Positions 36,401-49,100 of a stretch of DNA of 64,000 nucleotides are shown in pieces. The stretch comes from Lingula anatina. Its lineage: Eukaryota; Animalia; Brachiopoda. Both the position numbers and the translations under genes were made by a program. A model generated the notes under the pieces. It saw nothing but the letters and a program-made list of their open reading frames with translations, made no database searches and was not told where the DNA came from. The stretch lies in contig CM120648.1 in assembly GCA_051362555.1 (NCBI GenBank), forward strand, positions 9,172,587 to 9,236,586. The letters run 5' to 3'. Position 1 is the first letter of the stretch, and each line of letters starts with the position of its first letter.

Positions 36401-39400
36401 CGTCAGCCGGAGATCGTTCTCGATTGTTTTTAACCCTCCATCCCTCCCCATTGGAATTTATAATTTTTAAAAATATTTTTCATTTCATTTGTACATTTCA
36501 AGTGACTTCATTAGCGGAAGATCGTCAGCGGGAGATCGTGAACGATCTGAGCGAGACAAGAAAGCAATAATGGTAATCTTTTTTGCAGCTCTTAATATTG
36601 CTCTTTTGGTCTGTTACTGAAGTCTCTACTGTTAACAATGCTATTGTGCGCCTCAGCAAAACTACCGATCGCTATCTCACACCGAATACTGCGGTAAAGA
36701 AACAACAGCCCGACAGTACAACTCTTAATAGATTCTCCTGTTATCTGAATGAATGAATATGACGATGTTGTTTAGCGTCCTAAACTAACTGTACCGATCG
36801 TTATCTTGCACCTTGGGCCGCACACGTAGTACTCAGGTAAAGGTACGCTAGGTCAATATTGCCGACTGTTAGATCTTTATAAGCGTGAGAATAGCCCGGT
36901 GGCCGATTTTAAGGTGTACGAAATACACGAAATCAAGATCGCGCAAAATTGCTTACTGGCCGAAATTCATGGTCCAGAAAAAACTCCAGACGGCCGATTT
37001 TAAGATCGTTCGAAATTCAAGAGCCGTTCGAAATTCATGGCACTTTACCGTACCTTACGAAGAACTTAAATTTGATTGTACCATATATATTTTTTGCAAT
37101 AGTTTAAAAATTCTTGTTGATTGCATTTTTACAGCTTGTCAAGCACAAAACTGTCGGCTATGTCCCTTATTTTGTGTATGTGGGGGTCTATACGAATGCG
37201 CTTGCTCCAGCTGGTGGTACAATATTCGGAGGCGGTATCGCCTCTCTGATCCTCTAGTTTTATGTTATTTTTGAAAGAATTTTTGAACGTCTTCATGATA
37301 AATAATATAAGAAAGATCAAGGCAAATTTTGTCTTTTGGTTCACATACAATTTCACATGAAATATTACAAGTGCTGGAAATGAGGAAGCGTGTCATTAAG
37401 TCAAGCTGATTGCACTCAGCTAGAGTCCCTGCAGAGTAGGATCAATCTAAATAGAACAGTGGTGTCCATGAGAATGGAGTCTTGGACTCTGTGTATAAGA
37501 TGCCCTGGCCTTGATAGTCCGACTATGTGATTATATCAGCTCATTGATGTTGACATAAAAGTGGATTCTTTGAAGATTGGTTGAATTTTTTTTTTTTTCT
37601 TTTTTTTTTGCCAGACAAACTTCCATGAATAGTCTCTGTCTGTCTGACTGTCACAGATTTGTGATGAAAGGGATGAGTGATCCAATACCTCTCATGGAGC
37701 TATTGGATCAAGTTGCCTAATGATTCACCTTGACCTTTTCAAGGTTTATTCTGAAGGGGGGGGAGGGGGTAAAATTCCTTTTTAAACAATCAGCAAACTT
37801 CTCAGATGATCACCATAAAGAAGAAGATACATAGATGCATATGCTCATTAGATTTTTAGTATGTCATTTAAGGTGTTGCCATGGACCCCCCCCCCCCCCC
37901 CCCCAGCATCTCTGTATTTCTTCAGGTGGCTGGACAAAGAAATAGAACAGCACGTCATTTTTTGTATGTCATTTAAGATGTTGCCATGGAAACATCCCCC
38001 CCCCCACTTTATCCATTAATTTACACCCTATCAAAAGAGTAGGTTGATGAGGCAATTAATAATAATAAGTTTATTGAGCACTAAATGATGTGAATACATT
38101 TGCAGGCTCTCTAGACTACAATATTTACACAATATATATATGGATATACAATTATATATGTTTACATATGTAGTATGTTAAATCATATATGTGTTAATGC
38201 AAATTATGCTATAATATTAATTAATTAAGCTATATAATTAAGTATCAGTAGTATCAATTTTAAGACGATTCATTATTTTGGTATTATGTGGCATAAATTT
38301 TATAACATTTTTCGTGATTTAGATCTTGTCACAAGAGTAAAACAAAGCTGTTTCTTAAAATTTTACTCCAAAGTGACTGTAATCATCAAAATGTTATTAG
38401 ATAGAATTCCTTGAAACCATGAATGATCTGTTAGATAATTAAATGTCAAAAATTGTTTTCAGAAAAGGAAAGGGGTTGCCATAGTTAAACTCTCAGATTT
38501 TGGTTTGGGGAGAGTGTCACAGTAATCTCCTTTTTTTTTCTAAGCCAGAGGATATTATCCCCTTCATATGTCATGTTTAATGGGTGGAAATCACGAAAGT
38601 CTGTGGCATCATAACACTGAAGATCATGCAGCCAAAAGATTGTTAAGTGCTTTTCAGTTTGGAGTCGATATTCTAAGTAAACAGGTGGTGGGGATTGCGG
38701 GATTGCGTTTGGCTATGTCTCAAGGTTGAGTGTCTGAGTGCATTAATATTCTCTGTCAATATGCAGGGCAAACGGCGATGAGTCGTCATGTATTGGGAAT
38801 TTCGTGTTTTGTCCTGTTATGACACATAACCAGGTTTAATAGACTACGTGCATGACTTCAGGGGCAGAAAAAGGAAGAAATTATCCTGTTGGGTTTTTTT
38901 GTGTCATATTTGAGATTTGAGTGCTGTGGAGAACGGTTGCCAAGGCTAAGTTCCTATGTTAATGAGAGGCATAAGAAAAAATATCAGTTTTAAAATGAGT
39001 AATAATGATGTAATAGTATAATTAGTGCATCTTCCACATATCACATAAGGTGTCTCTGTATCTAGTAAAGAAATAAACTCTTGATTCTGGGGGAGGGCGA
39101 GGGGGGGGGAGGCTCTTACCATTTAGTATATTTTATCTGAAATTAATATAATAATATCAATATGGGAAATACACCCATTTAATATGCTTTGATAGTGATC
39201 TCTTTATCTTGGTAGCACATCTGTAAAACTATGCTGGCAATCTTCTAGAAGGAGATGTCTCGGCAGGGGGAAAAAAGGAGCCATGAACTGCAGAAGCCTC
39301 CTGATCATTAAAAGGGAACTCGATCCATTTATCAGTCGATTAAGACCTTTAAGTCTCTGAGAATTGCATGGGCTTTGTTACTTTGTATCAAAGTTCACCC

Positions 39401-42400
39401 ACCAGTTGGGTCTGATAGGCGGATTGGGAGGCGATCTTTTGGCCTTGGGTTCTGGGCTGTGATAAAGTGTTTCTTCCCATTATTATATGTACAGGCGAGG
39501 CTTATAAATATTTTGTTTAAATTATGTGTGGAGAGAAAATCTAGCAAATCTTGCTCTGGCAAAACAATATAATTTTTCCAAATAAAAAAAAAGGCAAAGA
39601 GGCGATTTGCCTTGACTGAATTATTGAAAGTAAAATATATGTTTGGTGGCATTTGCATGTGATTTTTGAATTCAGCTCAAGCAAAAGATGTCATAGTGCT
39701 AGTTTCTTCTGATGGAAGGCTATCACTTGAAAAAAATGTGAAAACTTGTTTTATTGGAAGAATTGTATCAAAAGCTCTGCATGGAAAGTGTAGGTGATGC
39801 TCTTTTAGATTGTGCGCTATAGCAAAACTTTTTTTCTTTTTTGCAAAGATTTTTTCTAAGATTGTACCATTTAAATGTTTCCTTACCTGAGGCTGAGGTA
39901 GTGTTTACTGAAATGATGATCTCTAATGTTAAGAGTGTCAACTGACAGAAATGCTTTGAAATAGTAGGAAAAACTTTTTTGGGCTTGAAAAAATGTTGCC
40001 ATGTTTCTTACACAGGTCCGTCAGAGAGAGAGAGAGAGAAAGGCAGAGGAGGGTGGTGCTAGCTGCACTCCTATTGGTAGAAACCTCTTGTCTATATACC
40101 ACCTAGATCTAGAGCCTCAATCCATGATGAAAATGTGTCGTGACACAAAGAGATATTAGAAAAACAATAAGTCTGAATATTTAGCTGTTTTTGGGAAAAA
40201 TGTATTCTAATTGACTGCAATTTTGATTGCATAACTCACAATCAGTCAGTGACATTATTTCCTGGAAAACACCAGTGAAGCTGTTTCGTGTTTCATTCCT
40301 CTCACTAACTAGAACCATTGGTAGATGAATGAGGTCATCAGGTAGACAACTTAGGTGTCTGGTTCTTTTCCATAGACATATAACTAGTAACAACTTTCTG
40401 AATGCGGAATATGTATTTTCAACAAAGTAACAGAGAGCAAAAGGAAATGGCAGGGCATATGTGTGTTTGTGTGTGTATTTTTGTGTGCGTGTGTGTGTGC
40501 GTGTGCATGTGCATGTGTGTGTGGGTGAGAGAGAGAGAGAAGGGAGAGATGAGGGAAGTTGGGGAGAGAGAGAGAAGGAGGAGGAGATGGAAAAAGAGAT
40601 TCAAAGTGTTAAAATGAGTTTAAGGCTTTAGAACATTGCACTGTGCATTGTTCCAGATAAACATACCTCTGTGAAAAAAAATGGAATTGTTTTCACAGTT
40701 GCGGTTAGTTGAAGGTTAATCTTGCAAGCAGTTGAGTGATTGAGATTCAAGGGAAAAAAAAACTAGAGAAAATTGAGGAACAGGCGCCAAAACTTGATTT
40801 TACAGCCTCAACCATCATTACCTCGGAACATTTAAGAGAATGGGTTTGGTCTATTTTCAAGTAAATTGATATTAGTTTTGCTGTTTGTATATTCAAGCAT
40901 TGTTTATTTTTAGAATTATTTTCTAGTTATTTATTTTTTAGACAATGTGAGAAGTACATATGATCTGGTGCAACCCTCTAAATTTTTTTTAAAAAACACA
41001 TATTAAGTTTTAGATTGATTGAGGTTTCTTTGCAAACAACTATTTCTTAAATATATGGTGATGTGTTTCTTCCTCTCCTACTCCTTCTTTCCCTTTCATT
41101 CTAAGGGTGGATTCAGAACAAGCTGATCCATGGACTAACAGATCCGCGGACCAAATATGGCCGAGCCACTTGAAAGCTTGTTGCATCATCTCCTAAAAGA
41201 CACTGAAAAGATTTTACTGCTGGTATTACGCAGTGAGCGTTCAAGTGGGTCGGCCATGTTTGATCTGAGGATCTGTTAGTTCGTGGATCATCTTTGGTTG
41301 TGAGTGCTGCCTTTGCTCTCTGTCTTGCTTATTGTCTTCCCTACTAAAAAATTCCAACAACATCAAAAGAACCCCGAAAACAATTAAATGGATAGCTTTT
41401 TGTCAGGTACTGTATACGCTAACAAAGTTTATACGATGGCAACAAGCAATTGACATGTCGAGCTTGCTAATAGGTCTCATGCAGGCAAATTGTGCTTTGT
41501 TTTTTTAATGGGCCTTTGCATTTATACTTCCCCACTTAATCGATTAATATGGTGAGGTAAGGCTGTGCAAACATGTGACTTGAGACTCTAATGATAAACC
41601 TCATCAATTCAGCGGGTGATTTCATACCTCACTACACCAGTGAGGATCAAATTGGTTTGCCTGATAATACACCTTTCTGAGGTGGAAAAAAAGAAGCTAA
41701 ATAGTATGCTGATAAAAATTAGTTTAAATATTCTTCAGTGTTTATTTTTAGACTCATATTTTCATTGTGTGAGTGTATCTTCAGTATAGCAGAAGACTGA
41801 TTAGCAGAGAACTTGTGTATCTTTTGGTGTTTGATTAAAAAGCACAGGGAATATAATTGGTGAAAATACTTTATGAAACAGGTTATGATTGTGATTTGTA
41901 AGCCACCTAATATGTATATCATGATTATGCTTGAATGTGTGTGTGTGTCTGTGTGCACGCGGGCGTGTATGTGTGTGGCACTTTACACAAAGGTCTCGCA
42001 CTTTGTTAAAAGTATGAAATGGTCAAACTGAGCTTTTTGTTGTTGTTTTGCCTGGAAGTTAAGCAGAATGAAATAAAAAGAGCTGATGATTATGTAGAAA
42101 AAAGTAAGCTATTGGTTATAAAAAGAGCTAAATTAAGAAGGGAAAAAACAGGTCTTTTCAGGGCCAATTTAAAACCTCTTAAGGCTATTTAAAATTATGA
42201 GGTGTTTGTAGGTAAGAGACAGGACAAAGAACCAATATTTCCTTAAGCATGGAGTTAGGAAGAAAAGATGAATAACTGTTTATTATTCTCATCACTTAAT
42301 TGTGGATAAAAAATGATTTGTAAGACGTTTATAACAGTTTTTAAAAAATTGTTTCTACTAAAAAAGGCATGCTTATACACAGAACAACGAGAAGTTATTG

Positions 42401-45400
42401 TTGGCTGCCATCGAAAAGATGCCATTAACCTTATTTAATCTGATGCAATGGGAGGAAAAAGCAGGAAATTTATTGAATTAAAATGAAGTGAGAAGTGGTT
42501 TTAATTGAGAGAAATTCAAACTTATCAGCTCTTGGTAACAAGGAACAAGCACATTGCACGTCCCAGTATTGAAAGGTCAACCATGTGCCTTATGGCATGG
42601 AGAATATGGGAACTGGTGCAGTGCTAGCTATCAGAACAAGGCCGCAATGTATTAAGAGCCTGTTAGTGAAATGGACTCCAGACGGGCGTAATATAATCCT
42701 TGCTGTAAGCCACCAGGCCGCCAATTGGAGGCACCCTACCTTAAATTGTCTGTTTTGTAATCCAGACACGCTATTACACGAGGACCTAAAACCAGAGGTT
42801 AAAAGAGTCACTGTAACTGTTTGTTTGCCCTCATGATAGAATTTGGTGGTCAAAGCAGCCCACAGGTTTCGTTTTCACCTGGAACCGCTTGTACTCTCTA
42901 TTAGGGTGGAATTTAACTGGAGTTGCCAATATTCTGGGCTTGCCAGTCTTTTTTTCCAAATGGGTTCCCGCTGCTAGCCCAGACTCCTGACAGCTTGGCC
43001 TAAATATTTGGGTACAAAGGCTTTGGGAAGTGGTTGGCAGTTGTGGAACGTGTTGAAGTGAAATAGTAGCGCGGGCACAAAAGGAGGACAGAACGGAATA
43101 GCGCTGGATTTCTTGTACAGTCCTTTTGACAGAAACCCCTCTATGGGTTTGACCTCTCTACACGACCAAGGAAGCATGAAGTTTGAGGGATTCTCTCCGG
43201 ATTGCTTCTGGTTTGGTAGGTTGAATTGGAACTGTCTGTAGGGTTTTTTCTCCCCTTCCATTTTTTTTTTTTTTTTACTGAATCATAGGCAGTTCAAGAT
43301 GGTTGGGAAACAAAGCACTGAAAAAATGAGTCACCACATATGGAGGGCTGGTTCGGACTCCTGGTGTGCTTTACAAGATGGAAGGTTGGGAAACTCGATT
43401 TTTTTTTGTTGTTGTTGTTGTTGTTGCTGTTACATAATTTGGCCTTAGAAAGGTGATTTTTTTCAAAAGTGGAATCAACCAAAGAAGGCAGAGGGAAATT
43501 TACTAGTATGTTGACCAAAGATTGTATGATCCAAGATGGCCGAAATAAATGTCTCGCATAATTTGTTTCAATTAATTAAAGGTAACAAAGATATAATTAC
43601 ATTTTTTTTTTGCATATTTTATATTTTAGAATTTAAAATCTTGAATAGTTATTTTACTTTTGCCGTTGTTGTATATGTTTTTTGTTTTTATTTAATTATT
43701 GGTTTTATTTTTTAATGCAAATTTCATCATGTGTAAGCTTCAGATATCATGTTTTCACATATATATGTTTACAAACAACACACATATTTCTAACTTATCA
43801 TCGTATTCCCGAAAACATACTAAAGCCACAAAAAGTGGTGTTCCCCTTAAAGACTTCAAATGCCTTGGTAAAGAAAAAGTTTGAAGAACAGTATTGAGGC
43901 AGAAAAAAACTGCCAAAAAGATGTAATCTTACGAGAAACTCGTGAGGTTTGCAGCATTGCAAAAGACATTAAATTGGTGAAAAAAGTTAAGATTAAGAAA
44001 AGATGACTGACAGGCATTGACAATAATGGTGGTCCATCGTTCTTTTACCCTCATCGCAATTTCTGCAGCTCTGTCTTTCTTGATGTCTTTCTTGATGTGT
44101 CTCCTGTTTCTGAGACCCCCCACACACACACCCGCACGCGCACACACACTTCTCTGAGGTTTTTGAAAAGAAATTATTGTTTTAACTTTGTCCATAATTA
44201 CTGTGATTTTCACTCAGGTTGAAAGAGAATTTTGAAAACCGTTTTAGAAACGAATGCTTTGAATGAGTGAAAGAAGTTTAAGTGACAAAATATCTAAACA
44301 TGAGCAGAATGTTAACCTTAAGTATATTACATTTAATGTATCTCACCAGTCAATTGCCCATATGTGTTTAAACAAAAATACATAATTTACCTTCATTCTC
44401 TAATTTTTTTTTTCAGTCTTTGTCAAATCATCATTTTTTTTTCACCTTTGAAAAAGCCACCATAATTGTGTCGTTCAGTGTACAACTCTTCAGCCTTTTT
44501 TATCTCCAATTGTTTCGGGACAAGACCCGCATGCATGGAGCTTGATCAACTATTAACATTAGTGAAGCTTGAAGCTTCATTTATTTAATATTGTAGTGGA
44601 AAAAAGAGGTTATATTTTTACCATAGTGGAAAAATACCTTATAATATGTTTTAAACTGAAAAAGCATGGGTATTCAGAGCCTGTATAGCATATGAAGGTG
44701 AAATAGAAAAAAAGGGATCTCAGCCAATCTATAAAACTGCAAGGTTTGAAATTTTCAACACATTTTACCAACTTTTATATTTTATTCACTGAAATATATC
44801 ATTCGCCTGAACAGTTTCTGTTATTGGAAGCAAAAATGACAGAAGTTGGTCTTGGAGGTCAGCTCTCTCATATAAATCACAATTTGCCTCATTCCATCTT
44901 TTCCAGAAAACCTAAATCAAGACATTTTGTTCCCTCCTCGACAATTCACCAGTGGTGTTGCTAGTGTCCCCCAGACGCCATCACCGGAGTCCCACCATTC
45001 GTCGCCCATTAACAAGAGCCCCACAACACCGCTCTCTCCGAATCAACTTGTCGTTCCACAACCGGTGAAACCAAAAGCTGCCAGCGGGAAGAGTTACCAG
45101 TGTAAAATGTGTGAGCAGGTAGGATTGCATGGTTTTCTTCGTGAACTTTTTTCATTTCATGCAAATACTTTAGTGTGTGTGTGTGTGTGTGCGTGCGTGC
45201 GTGTGTCTGGATGTTGCAGAACTTCAAATTGAAATGCGTTTTACTTGTCCGATCTCACAAAGAATTTTTAATATTTTCCATAATAATTTATGTTACAAGA
45301 AATCACATGATTATGAACTTGAAAACCCTAGCTTGAGCGAACTTGGTAACAGAATTTGTTTGAATAATTTATTATTATTTTCCTGTATTATTTTCCTCCA

Positions 45401-46136
45401 TGGTCTCATATTTAAAAGAAATGGAAAAAAATTTGTACTCCTATGTCATTGTGACTCCAATCTAAATGTGGCATGGTAGGCGTTTGGTCTTTGTGATCGC
45501 TGCCCCCCCCCCCCCCTCCCCTTTCAACTAATTGCCAATAACCAAATGAATAGCAAATTTGATTCGTTAAAATTCATGCAAAGTTGAAGGATGCATACTT
45601 TTGATTTTCTTATTTCTACAGTCTCATTAACTTGACCTACCTTTCAAAATGCAATATTCATATATTGTGGCTTTCTTCTCATATATATTTCAAAAAGAAA
45701 ACCCTTTTGCTGTGAGGCATAGTTTGATTAACAGTAGGTCACCTTAATCATAAATGAATGCAATTTTCCATGGAGGTCTGATTGGTTGTCTGTATAGCCA
45801 TCACCTGCGTCTGTCGCCATAGTAGGTGGCGTCAGCACCACCTTGCACTTTCACAGACAGCACAATAAGTCAAAAACTGTTAGACTTTTTGTCTTCAAAC
45901 TTACAGAACCAATGAATATTAGTAAAATATAGGTTGAGATGCAATCTCAGCATGATCTGACCATTTTCTGCAGATCATTTAGTCCCAGGATTAAACTGTT
46001 TTAAGCGGGGTCTAAAATTGCATCGAAAATAACAGAATAACCGATATGTGCATCATCATTTGCTTTTATGTTGGTACATTTTACAGCTTTGCTGCTTGTT
46101 GATCTACCAAATCAAGCAGCCCCCCCCCCCCCCCTG

Positions 46137-46186
<50 letters not shown>

Positions 46187-49100
46187 TAAATCCATAAAAA
46201 AGAACCCTGTGACCCTTCTGGTAGTGTTAAATTAGTATTAGGGTGTAGGCGCTCCTACCATGGCTCCCAATGGACTGGTACCATATGGGGCCCAGAGACT
46301 GTTTTTTAACCCGTCCTTTGCCCGTTCTGTAAGGAGAAATCTCCCTTCAATGGCCCCAGAAGCTGGCCTGTTGCCCAAAACCTTTATCGAATCCTAAGGT
46401 CAGAAAGGCAATGAACATGTGGCTGGCGGCAAATGCAATCTCTCACCCCATGTATTGTGTTTGCATTGGTAATTGAAGAATTATGGAGGAAGGATGTTAC
46501 TGGGGACCACTGGAAAAGGTTGAACTAGTAGTCCCTGGTTGCTGTTTTATAGTACGGGGTAAACAGTTGCTACCTTTATCCAAGTCCTATTACAATACCA
46601 ACCGAGGGGGGTACAAACAAACCAATATCCATTATGATGGTTTGGGACTTAGATGAACAAATACACCAATTTTCATCAAAATCCAAGAGGCTCATGTGCC
46701 ACCCTATTCTTAACCTCACAGAGACTGGTACAGAGCTCCTTTGCTCTCCCTCCTAGGTTTAGCCCTGAAAGGTCATGTTTTGTCTTGTACCCTATAATTG
46801 TACTCTATATGTATTGAGGAAGAGTATTTATTGGGCAAGGATAAAAAAATAGCAGAGAAAGTGGTATCTCTCAAATTTGTAGTGTGGTCAGAACCTTGCC
46901 AAGTAAATGGAGATTGTATTGAACTTGAACTAGAGCTCTGCTGTTTTTGTTAGTTCATGAAAATTATGATTTAGTAATAAGAATGATAACTCTTCTTACT
47001 AGATTCAAAATTTCAAAATAAAAACATGGCAAACCTTTATAGGTGACTACCCTGGCCTGCATAATAATCTTTTAAGAGATATTACAAAAAATGAAAAAAA
47101 ATAAAAATAAAAAAAAGAATAAATAAATAAAATAAAATAAAAACAATTGACTAGCTATGAATGTCAGATCAGATTCATTAACCGTTGGAAAGTAGGAGAA
47201 AATTGTTGTTTCCCTTGGAAAATCCGTTTTATAACACTTTTCCTGCCAAAATGAAGAGTAGTCATCACTTCAACTTTGCAATAAACACCCAAAGTTTAGA
47301 CGAGGTCAGCTTGAACTGCATAGGACAATTCATAATGAGTCAAGTTGTTAGGTGTAATGTTATATCAAAATGCAGACCTTTCCATAAGACTTAATTAACC
47401 ATATCATGGAGTTTTGTATGAAATAAAAAAGAAAAGAGGAAATCATGGTATGGATGATTAGTGAATGTGTCTGTTGTAACTCTTTGTTGCTTCAGCCAGC
47501 ATCTTCAACCAACCCACATGCGTCCCTTGTCTGTTTTTGTTGAAAAATGAATAAAACACGCTAGTAGGTATTTTAATTTTAGTCAGCTGGTTATGACATT
47601 TATGCAGTTCTTTTATTTGTCAGTCTTTTTAGGGCTTGGTATTATGTTTCTTTACTTTGATTTGATTTGATATGATTAAACTTTTCTTTCTGTTGGTATT
47701 TTATTATTTCGGTTATTCTCTTTCTCTTTTCTCTCTTAATAAAACGCCAGGAGACATTAGGTAGCACGGTTTAATATATTAACTCACTTTGATTATTAGC
47801 AGTTATATACTATATTAACTAAGAGGGGAAAGAGAGAGAGAGAACATAAAACTTAATTCTAGATTATTGATAAAGCCCTACCCTGTTTAATCTAAACAGG
47901 TCGTCCTTGTATTATTTACACAAATAAATATCTGGGAAGTCTTTTCCATACTGTATTTAAATATTAATGTAGAAATTACCACAAAAAGTATAACAGGTCA
48001 TCCCAATGCCACACAAATCCAAAACCATTCACCCTTCAAAATTTTAAGTCAGACTGATGATGGATAGGACCTAAACCAGTGGAGAAACCAAATCCATTCA
48101 TCCTTCATTGCCTGATGGTAAATAAATGGAGAACCTAAAAAAAATTTTCATTTATTGATATCTGTGTCCCATTGCCCTGATATATTATTTATGAAGGGAA
48201 TGTAGGGATGGAAGCAGGGAGTTGAGTCAAGTCACATATGTGGTCTACGTGGGAGACATTGGGTTGGAGTGCAGAGATGTGTGCAAAGTTCCCCTTCATT
48301 TTCTGAGCATGGCACTACTGGTTTACTTCAAAATATTCATCCAAATTTTGACTTATTATCCTTTATTCAACACTTGACTTTATGTGGTGGTGTTTGAGAG
48401 AAGAAACTATTTGTTTCTATTTTTCTGTTGTTGTTGTTATTATTATATTCACATATATTTTATTACATTTCTTGTTTTTATGTCACTAAACCCTTTTATA
48501 TTGAAAAAAAAAAGGAAAATGATGAAAAAGGAACACATTTCTTTGAGATCAAATCGCATGGTGGATTGTTGCCCTGACAACAGTGGAAAAGTAAGTTACC
48601 GTCGTTCTTCACCCTTGCAGCTCCATGGAAACGCAATGTCGACCCTGTGTAACAGAAGATATTATAATTGAAGGCGGTGCTGTGGTCATGTGACTGTCAG
48701 GTGTTTGCCATGTGTTACCGTGTCGACCTCCCGTTACCATGGAGCGCGCAAGATGTGTGGAGATCTCAGCCAGTCAGTGATTCTAATGTCTTAAGGTCTG
48801 GTTAACTTCAGATGCCCATGAAAGCCGAGGAAAATGATCCAGAAGAAGAAAGTGAAGATCAACAGAGACGTTTGGCTTATTTTCAGATCCAGACGGAATG
48901 TGGGATCACTGAGGCCTGTTGCGGAGAAATGCTCTTTTTGTAAATGTGAACAAACACTGCACTGTATTTGAATGCCCTGTCTTTGTTCTATTGCAGATGT
49001 TTGAGTCCAAATCCGACATGCTCGTTCATTGTCAACGAGTGCATAAGCAGGACCCCAAGCCTTACAAATGTAACACCTGCGGCAAGAGCTTCGCAAACTC

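Noticed and set aside
42585-43261. Moderately GC-rich intronic block with 83-95 aa ORFs and a GTGCCTTA word
   Set aside because: No recognisable protein or phase-compatible exon. It could be a regulatory element, but I cannot support that.
45800-46720. Possible old Helentron/HINE remnants (also ~11260-11400 and ~16940-17060)
   Set aside because: Too degraded to define boundaries by eye.
24981-47290. Diverged ~100-bp similarity between ~24981-25085 and ~47172-47290
   Set aside because: Direct-orientation old dispersed repeat with no termini; no functional inference possible.
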